From positions 753,340 to 785,339 of the forward strand of contig CAVZDU010000002.1 of the NCBI GenBank assembly GCA_963774265.1: a stretch of DNA of 32,000 nucleotides, written 5' to 3'. Below, in pieces: positions 9,482 through 16,500 of the stretch. Numbering within the stretch: position 1 is the first letter of the stretch; every line of letters starts with the position of its first letter. The stretch comes from an uncultured Chloroflexia bacterium. GTDB taxonomy: Bacteria > Chloroflexota > Anaerolineae > CG2-30-64-16. The notes beneath the pieces are model-generated. The model was not told where the DNA came from. It saw only the letters and a program-made list of their open reading frames with translations, and searched no databases. The translations under genes were made by a program, and so were the position numbers.

Positions 9482-9943
9482 ATGGCCTCTGAAGATATCT
9501 ACAACTACATCAAGGTCAGTGACGAGATCGTTACCGCTGGACAACCAACTGCGGAGCAACTCAAATCGTTGGCGGCGGAAGGCTTTTCGGCAGTCGTCAA
9601 CCTTGCCACCGTCGATCCTGCTCGCTCGCCGGCGAATGAAGCCGATCTGATACGCTCGCTGGGTATAACCTACTACCATATCCCCGTGGATTGGGAAAAC
9701 CCGAAAGACACGGACTTTGCGACATTTGAGCAAACCATGTTGCAAATTCCGGGGGGCAGAACTCTGATACATTGCACCGCCAACTTCCGGGCGACTGCCT
9801 TTTACTCGCTGTACGCCCAGAAGCATCTCGGATGGTCGGCATCCCAAGCCGACGAGTTTCGCGCGGCCATCTGGAAAGGCAGTGATTACCCTATTTGGCG
9901 TGAGTTTATCGCTCGCATGCAGGCTCGGATTGTGACCCGGTAA
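9482..9943 (+). CDS. PTP/DSP-superfamily (DUF442-like) putative phosphatase
   Basis: VTAGQPTAEQLKSLAAEGFSAVVNL...GITYYHIPV...LIHCTANFRAT resembles the DUF442/beta-lactamase-hydrolase-like phosphatase fold with a Cys-Arg loop. ATG at 9482 (the track starts at TTG 9479). Confidence 0.5.
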   Translation: MASEDIYNYIKVSDEIVTAGQPTAEQLKSLAAEGFSAVVNLATVDPARSPANEADLIRSLGITYYHIPVDWENPKDTDFATFEQTMLQIPGGRTLIHCTANFRATAFYSLYAQKHLGWSASQADEFRAAIWKGSDYPIWREFIARMQARIVTR

Positions 9944-10036
9944 CTTGGATGCGCCACGCAATTGGTTGGGGCCGTCCAACCCGCGGTTGCAGGCGACTCA
10001 CACCAGCGCTCTTGCAGCACCGTTATTCAAGCTTCT

Positions 10037-10064
10037 GGCAGCCCTGCGCTTTGCGCTTAGTTCA
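10037..10064 (+). repeat. Dispersed intergenic repeat, copy C (core only)
   Basis: ggcagccctgcgctttgcgcttagttca is almost identical to the copy B core and lies between two convergent genes. Confidence 0.55.
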
Positions 10065-10089
10065 GCTCGTGAAGGAGTAGCTTACCTTA

Positions 10090-10707
10090 TCAGTTCGTCT
10101 TCTGCACCGCGGGCGGCAGCCACGGCTTCTCCGCATCGAACAACGCGTCCCCAGGCCAGTACATCCTCAGATCCACCATGAAGTTGTCCTCCGGCGCCGG
10201 GAGCCAGTTGCACTCCGTCTCGTCTGTTGGACGCTCGACTTGGAGGTACAACGTCAGCGAACCATCCGGGTTGAGGCATGGGATGCGGCCCTGGCTTCCC
10301 GGCAGACCCAGGGCATACCGGTTGCTCGAGTTGTCCACGAGCCCGTAGCCGGGTATCTGGTACATGGTCACCGACCAGAAGCCGTTGATGTTCACAGGCG
10401 GCAACTGGCCCGTGGGGAATGTGATCTGGTAGCGGTTGTTGTTGGCGCCGGTCAAGGGCTGGCCCGTCGCATCCTCGCTAGCCGTCGCATACACGGCGTC
10501 CTTGTAATAGTTTGCACCTAGCCCGAGGTAGCGGTCGCGTAGAGCGTATCGACGTTGGGCTGCACCACATACTTGAAGCTGGCGTCCGGCAGTTTCGTCG
10601 CCATTGCGAACCGGTTGATTGGAGCGCGGAGAGCCACGCTTATGGCGTCTGAGACGTTGGTAGCCGCTCGCAATGACGCTCATCATATGTTGGGTAGCAG
10701 AATTCAT
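10090..10707 (-). pseudogene. DUF1254/DUF1214-family gene remnant (internal deletion plus frame change)
   Basis: The C-terminal ~135 aa form a good DUF1214-like sequence (GANYYKDAVYA...FWSVTMY...NRYALG...LTLYLQ...NWLPAP...RMYWP). The first ~65 codons of the called frame are nonsense. The adjacent frame reads APINRFAMATKLPDASFKYVVQPNVDTLYATATSG*, which is the N-terminal DUF1254 signature. About 250 aa expected between the two parts are missing. Confidence 0.65.
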
Positions 10708-10914
10708 CGCAAGCGGGACACGGCATGATGCCCCGCGATCCGGTGCGGGTTGATGGGCTGGTCAACGCCGGCAGAAAAGTGGGAGAGGATATTGGGTTGA
10801 TCTACAATAATTCGTTAGCCCGCCTCGCGCTCCGACCACGCATCTACCGACTTGCTCGTCCGCATCACTCACCCTATACTGGGGTCAATCGCTGGCTTAC
10901 GTCAAGGAGGAACC

Positions 10915-11745
10915 ATGCCGCTGACGGATCAGATCATCCTCATTACCGGCGGTGGCCGCGGGCTCGGGCACGCCTTTGCGGACGCACTTGCGGCTGCAGG
11001 TGCCCATGTCGTCGTGACGGCCCGATCCGTTCCTGAACTCCAGCGCACGGTGGATGCTATCACGCAGCGTGGTGGACGGGCCACGGCCATGCCCGCCGAC
11101 GTCACCGATCCGGCGGCGATCCAGCGGGTGGTCATGACCATTGAAGCCCATGTCGGGCCGATTGATCTGCTGATCAACAGTGCCGGGACCTTTCGCGCCT
11201 TTGGAGCGATAGCGACCGTTGACCCCGACGACTGGTGGCGTGAGGTCGAGATCAATGTGCGCGGCCCCTTCTTGTGTACGCATGCCGTCCTGCCGGCCAT
11301 GATCCAACGCGGCCGTGGGCGCATTATCAACCTCGCGAGCGGGGCGGGACTCCAACCGTTTGAAACCATCTCAGCCTACAGTCTGAGCAAGACAGCGGTG
11401 ATTCGCCTCACGGAGAGCACCGCCCTCGAAACCCAGCCCTATGGCATTGCTGTGTTTGCGATCGATCCGGGGACGGTGCGGACCCCGATGACCGCCCATG
11501 TCGTCGAGTCGCCCGCGGTGGCGCAGCAGGCACCGCTCGTCCGCCAGTGGTTTGATCAGTTGTATGCGACCAATGGGGATACGCCGATCACCCAGGCGGT
11601 GGAGCTGGTGCTGGCGTTAGCCACCGGACAGGCCGATGCGTTGACAGGCTGTTATCTCAGCGTTGAGGACAATCTGGCAGCATTGATCCAGCAGGCTGGT
11701 CAGATTCAGCAGACGAGCCGGCGGAAACTGCGGGTCACCCTCTGA
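10915..11745 (+). CDS. SDR-family oxidoreductase
   Basis: ATG 10915 sits 4 nt after AAGGAGG (10904..10910). ITGGGRGLGHAF (TGxxxGxG), NSAG, YSLSKTAV (YxxxK). Confidence 0.85.
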   Translation: MPLTDQIILITGGGRGLGHAFADALAAAGAHVVVTARSVPELQRTVDAITQRGGRATAMPADVTDPAAIQRVVMTIEAHVGPIDLLINSAGTFRAFGAIATVDPDDWWREVEINVRGPFLCTHAVLPAMIQRGRGRIINLASGAGLQPFETISAYSLSKTAVIRLTESTALETQPYGIAVFAIDPGTVRTPMTAHVVESPAVAQQAPLVRQWFDQLYATNGDTPITQAVELVLALATGQADALTGCYLSVEDNLAALIQQAGQIQQTSRRKLRVTL

Positions 11746-11929
11746 ACCCAGCCGGGGCGCGGTGGGTCAAGCGGGGGCGAGCCGGCGTCTTTGGTCGCAG
11801 GAAACGGCTTTGCGGTCATAGTGGCTTGTGGTAACATTTATCCCAGCCAGCCTAAAGCCCCAGCTATCTGACCACCACCGAGGTCTGATCAGATCGCGGT
11901 TTCTCTCGACTTTCCGCCAGGATCGGGTC

Positions 11930-12661
11930 ATGAGTGCCGAAAACACCCAGTTCGACATCTTCCTCTCCCACAACGGTGCGGACAAGCCCGCCGTTGAGGC
12001 GCTCGCGCAACGACTGCTGGCGGCCGGGTTCAAGCCCTGGCTGGACTCCTGGAACCTGATCCCCGGCGACCCCTGGCAGGAAGGACTTGAGGAGGCGCTG
12101 GACACCTGCGGCACTTGCGCCGTGTTCCTGGGCCCCTCCGGCGTCGGCCCCTGGCACAACGAGGAAATGCGCGTCGCGCTGGACCGCCGCGCCCACGACC
12201 CCACCCGCAGCTTCCGGGTGATCCCCGTCCTGCTCCCGGGCGCCAACCCTGCTGACTCGGCTACACTCCCGCGTTTCCTGAGCCGAATGACCTGGGTGGA
12301 TTTCCGCGGCGGGCTGGATGATGCCGAAGCGTTTCGCCGCCTGGTGGCAGGCATACGCGGCGTCGCACCCGGCCCCGGCGCATCCACCGGCGCCAGGGCA
12401 ACGCCGCCAGCATCAGCCAGCGCGCCCACCTCGCAAGCCCTGACCTCCACCCCGCGCTGGCTGCTGGAAGCAGAGCTGACCCGTCTTCGGGCCCAATACG
12501 ACACCTGGAGCCGGCGCATTGCGGCCCTCGACGCCGACATCGGCCGGGCGTTGGGCAACCTGGAGAAGCAAGTGTTGGAAGAACGCCGGGCCGAAGTGGC
12601 TGCCGAGCGCCAGAAGGTCGCCGACCAGATGCAGGAGATCGAGGCTAAACTGAACACCTGA
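11930..12661 (+). CDS. TIR-domain protein with a C-terminal coiled coil (satellite 1 of the TIR-STAND locus)
   Basis: 243 aa from ATG 11930. TIR_2-like FDIFLSHNGADK..GFKPWLDSWNLIPGDPW..AVFLGPSGVGPWHNEEMRVAL..RVIPVLLPG..WVDFRGG (11951..12358). A P/A/S/T linker follows, then the coil LLEAELTRLRAQYDTWSRRIAALDADIGRALGNLEKQVLEERRAEVAAERQKVADQMQEIEAKL (12452..12658). The longer track ORF from GTG 11828 adds a non-protein-like leader. Confidence 0.85.
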   Translation: MSAENTQFDIFLSHNGADKPAVEALAQRLLAAGFKPWLDSWNLIPGDPWQEGLEEALDTCGTCAVFLGPSGVGPWHNEEMRVALDRRAHDPTRSFRVIPVLLPGANPADSATLPRFLSRMTWVDFRGGLDDAEAFRRLVAGIRGVAPGPGASTGARATPPASASAPTSQALTSTPRWLLEAELTRLRAQYDTWSRRIAALDADIGRALGNLEKQVLEERRAEVAAERQKVADQMQEIEAKLNT

Positions 12662-12676
12662 TAGTGACGAGCTGCC

Positions 12677-13519
12677 ATGCCGGACCAAGCGCCACGCTAC
12701 GAAGTCTTCCTGTCGCACAACAGCGCCGATAAAGCGGCCGTTGAGGACATCGCGCGCCGGCTGATCGCGGCTGGCCTCCAGCCTTTTCTGGACCAGTGGC
12801 ACCTGATCCCTGGCCAGCCGTGGATGGAAAGTGTAGAGAACGCACTGGCGGATAGCGCGAGCGTAGCCATCTTCGTTGGACCGTCGGGGATCAGCCCGTG
12901 GCACAACGAGGAGATGCGCGCGGCGCTCGATGAAGCGGTCCGCACGCGCGACGACTATCGGGTGATTCCTGTGCTCCTGCCCGGCGCTGACGAGACTGCG
13001 GTGGCACGTTTCCTGGCGCGACGGACATGGGTGGATTTCCGCGCCGGGCTCGACGACACCGAAGCCTTTCAACGCCTGGTCGCGGGCATCCAGGGCCAGG
13101 CTATTGACATCGGCCAATACCGGCTGCCCGATGAGCCGGCACCCTACCGCGGCCTGCTCCCCTTTGAGGCAGAGCACGCCCGCTTCTTCTTCGGCCGCGA
13201 CGCTGATATTGCGAGACTGATAGAGAAGCTAGGGCGGCAGTCCTTCGTTGCTGTCGTAGGTGCGTCGGGCAGCGGCAAATCCTCCCTGGTCAAAGCTGGT
13301 CTGTTGCCCAGACTGAAAGCCAACGCCTTGACCGACAGTGGACGCTGGCATGTATTGACGATGACTCCAGGCAGCCAGCCGCTCCCGCGCGTTGGCCGGT
13401 CAGCTTGCCACCTTCGTGCCCCCGCTCGACCGGCCGGACGCGGCCGACAAACTGGCCAGCCGCCTGGCCGAGCGGACAGACGGCTTGCGCACAACCCTGA
13501 CCGCCTTGCTGGCCGATAA
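12677..13519 (+). CDS. ORF piece 1 of the TIR-STAND-WD40 gene (TIR + Walker A); real coding ends near 13388
   Basis: Track ORF of 280 aa. Sequence after ...TMTPGSQPLP turns into R/A/G/P-rich nonsense, while frame 0 continues the protein. Confidence 0.75.
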   Translation: MPDQAPRYEVFLSHNSADKAAVEDIARRLIAAGLQPFLDQWHLIPGQPWMESVENALADSASVAIFVGPSGISPWHNEEMRAALDEAVRTRDDYRVIPVLLPGADETAVARFLARRTWVDFRAGLDDTEAFQRLVAGIQGQAIDIGQYRLPDEPAPYRGLLPFEAEHARFFFGRDADIARLIEKLGRQSFVAVVGASGSGKSSLVKAGLLPRLKANALTDSGRWHVLTMTPGSQPLPRVGRSACHLRAPARPAGRGRQTGQPPGRADRRLAHNPDRLAGR

Positions 13520-16500
13520 GCCGCGCCCTGCCCTGCTCTTCGTGGACCAGTTCGAGGAGCTTTTCACCCTCTGCCGCGGACGGGCCGGAGCACTGCCGAA
13601 TGGCGGCCGAGCAGTTCATCGCCAACCTGGCCGATGCCGCGGAGCGGGGCGACGGCCAGATTCGAGTCGTCCTCACCCTCCGCGCCGATTTCCTCGACCG
13701 CTGCCTGGCCTACCCTGACCTGCGTAAGTTGTTGGAAGATCGCCAACTGCTGCTGGGTCCCCTGGCCCAAGCCGATCTGCGCGACGCCATCGTGCGTCCC
13801 GCCCAACAGGTCGGCGCGTTCCTGGAAAAGGGCCTGGTCAATGCCATCCTGGCTGACGTCGGCGACGAGCCGGGCAACCTGCCACTGGTGCAGCACGCCC
13901 TCCACGAGCTGTGGCTGGCCCGCCGCGGCCCGTGGCTGACCCTGGACGCCTACGAGGCCAGCGGCGGCGTGGCGGGGGCGCTCGGTCGCCGCGCTCAGGC
14001 CACCTACGATGCCCTGCCACCAGAACAGCAGATCATCGCGCGCAACATCCTCCTGCGCCTTGCCACGCTAGGCGAAGGAGTCAGCGACACCCGGCGGCGG
14101 GCCGAGCGCGCGGAACTCTACCCGGTTGGCGTCGATCCGGCGCAGGTCAATGCCGTCATCCAAGCACTCTCGGGGCCGGACGCGCGCCTGCTTGTGACCG
14201 ATGAAGACACCGTTGACATGGCCCACGAGGCGCTGATCCAGGGGTGGAGCGCCTTACGCGGCTGGCTCGAGGCGAGTCGTGAAGCGTTGCGCACGCAGCA
14301 CCGGCTGACGGAGGCGGCCAACGAGTGGGGACGCGATCGAGACGAAAGCTACCTCTACCGTGGCGTACGGTTGGCAGAGATTGAGGAATGGGCCGCAGTG
14401 CACGGCCGCGGGATGAACGCGCTGGAAGCGGAATTTGTCCGGATAAGCGTTGCGATGCGTGATCGCGAAGCCCTGCGTGAAGATGAACGTCGGCGACGCG
14501 AATTGGAGCAGGCGCAAGCCCTGGCCCGTGAGCAACAGCAACGGGCAGAGGCCCAGAAAGCTTCAGCGATACGCCTGCGCCAGCGCGCCTTGCTGGCGGG
14601 CATGATCGGCTTAGTCGCATTGGTCTTTGCGTTCTTTGCGATCAGATTTGGTCTGCAGGCGCAGGCCAATGCCAACCGAGCGCGCACGCTTGAGCAATAT
14701 GCAAATGAAAAAGCGGATGACTTGCAAGTCGCCCTCGTCGGAGAGCGGGAAGCTCTCATTCGAGAGCAGGATGCTCTCTCCCAGACAGTGAAGACTCTGG
14801 ACCTCCTCAGCACTCGTGAAGTTGAGGCGCGCGCGGCGCAAGCGACTGCTGAATTCGCGAGAGTTGAGGAGGCTGAGGCCCGTGAGATGGCGGTAGACGA
14901 GCGCAACCGCGCCGAAGAACAGGTGCGCGTGGCCCGCAGCCGCCAGTTCGCCACCTATGCTGAAGCGGCATGGCCGGCTCTGCCCCAGCGCAGCCTGCTG
15001 CTCGGGGTCGAGGCGCTCCGCCAGACGCTGGATGCGGGGGAGCCGTCCGTCCCCGCGGCCGAAGACGTGGTGCGCCAGGCGCTGGTTAGCTTTAGCGGCC
15101 AGACCCTGGGCGGCCACCAGGGCGGCGTTACCGTCGCGGCCATTAGCCCTGACGGCCGCTGGTTGGCGTCCGGCGGCGGCAGCTTGTTCAGTCAAAAGGG
15201 TGATACTAACCTTCACTGGTGGGACCTTGAGGCCCCCGATCCGGCAGTCAGCCACCAGGTGATCCCTTTGGGCGACGGTTTCCTGTATCATGCTCGCTTC
15301 AGCCCGGACGCGCATTGGCTGGTGGGCAGCACGTTGGAACGGCAGGAGAATGAGCTGCGTGTGGCATCGCATCTATGGAAAGTCAGCGCCGCCGGCCTGC
15401 GGTCCACGTCGTGGCTCTCGTCGACCCTACCGATCGCCTTTAGCGCCGACGGCCGATGGTTGGTCAGCAGCCAGGGCGGGCTGCTGGGCGGAGAATCCTC
15501 TGGCCTGCTCCTGTGGGACATGATGGCGGTACCCCCCACCTCCAACACGTTGATGTCAGCTCCCCTGACGGTCTTGTCCGGGTTTGAGACAGACCAGCGT
15601 TGGCTTGTGGCCAGCGGCGCGGACGGCCGGCTCTACCTGTGGGACCTCCTCGCGCTGAGCCCCACGGCTGCTCCGGTCTCGCTGCCGGCTATGGGGGAAG
15701 TGAAGCAGGTTGCGGCCAGCCGCGATGGCCGGTGGCTGGCCGCGAGCCGTGCGGCTGGTCCGGTACACGTCTGGAATCTGGCCCGGCCGGATGCTCCCCC
15801 GACTGCCCTGGATGCCGGCATAGAAGTGGATAAGCTCGCGTTCAGCCCGAACGGCCGTTGGCTGCTCGTCCAGCCGCAGGAAGGCAGCATCTCGCTGTGG
15901 CGCCTGGAAGATCCTGGCCCCGTCTCGCCATCGCTGCTGCTATCCGGCCGGTTCTATGGCAGCCTCCAGATTGCCTTCAGCCCTGATAGCCGCTGGCTGG
16001 CGGTAGCCGTCATGGGGGTCGCGCCTCGCGTCTTGGATATGAGAGCCCCGGACCCGCCTGCCAGCGAGCTCGTGCTGACCGGCCAGTCGTGCGGGGGGCT
16101 GCTCGTCATCAGCGCGGACAGCCGTTGGTTGGTGGCTGTCGACGGCGCCCAAACCTGCATCTGGGACCTTGCCGCGAACCTCTCCGGCCAGGACCCGGTC
16201 GTCCTGCGCGGCCGGGAATCCAGCAACATGTCGCCATCGATCAGCCAGGCTGGTCGATGGCTGGCGGTCGGCGGCAGTGGGATGGTGCAACTGCACGATC
16301 TCACGCAGCCTTTGCCTGTGCCGCCGGGCACACTGCGCAGCACCCACCGCTCGGATATCGAATGGTTCGGCGTCACCCAGGACGGCCACTGGCTGGTCAC
16401 GGCCGACGACTATGACACGCGGCTTTGGGATTTGACCGGCCCGGCCATCTCGCGCGTCATCACCACCACCACCGGCTACGGCAATAAGTCCCCCACCCTC

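Noticed and set aside
9428-9979. 183-aa minus-strand ORF covering the PTP-like gene
   Set aside because: It is antisense to a frame with a recognisable phosphatase-like motif set and has no motifs of its own.
11767-13177. Minus-strand ORFs of 303 aa (11767..12678) and 254 aa (12413..13177) over the two TIR domains
   Set aside because: They are antisense to clear TIR-coding frames. The composition is S/R/A-rich with no recognisable domain and no RBS.
13383-13605. Programmed ribosomal frameshifting as an explanation for the STAND gene frame breaks
   Set aside because: There is no slippery heptamer, no rare or stop codon context and no obvious downstream structure at either site. The same type of break occurs in unrelated genes across the window.
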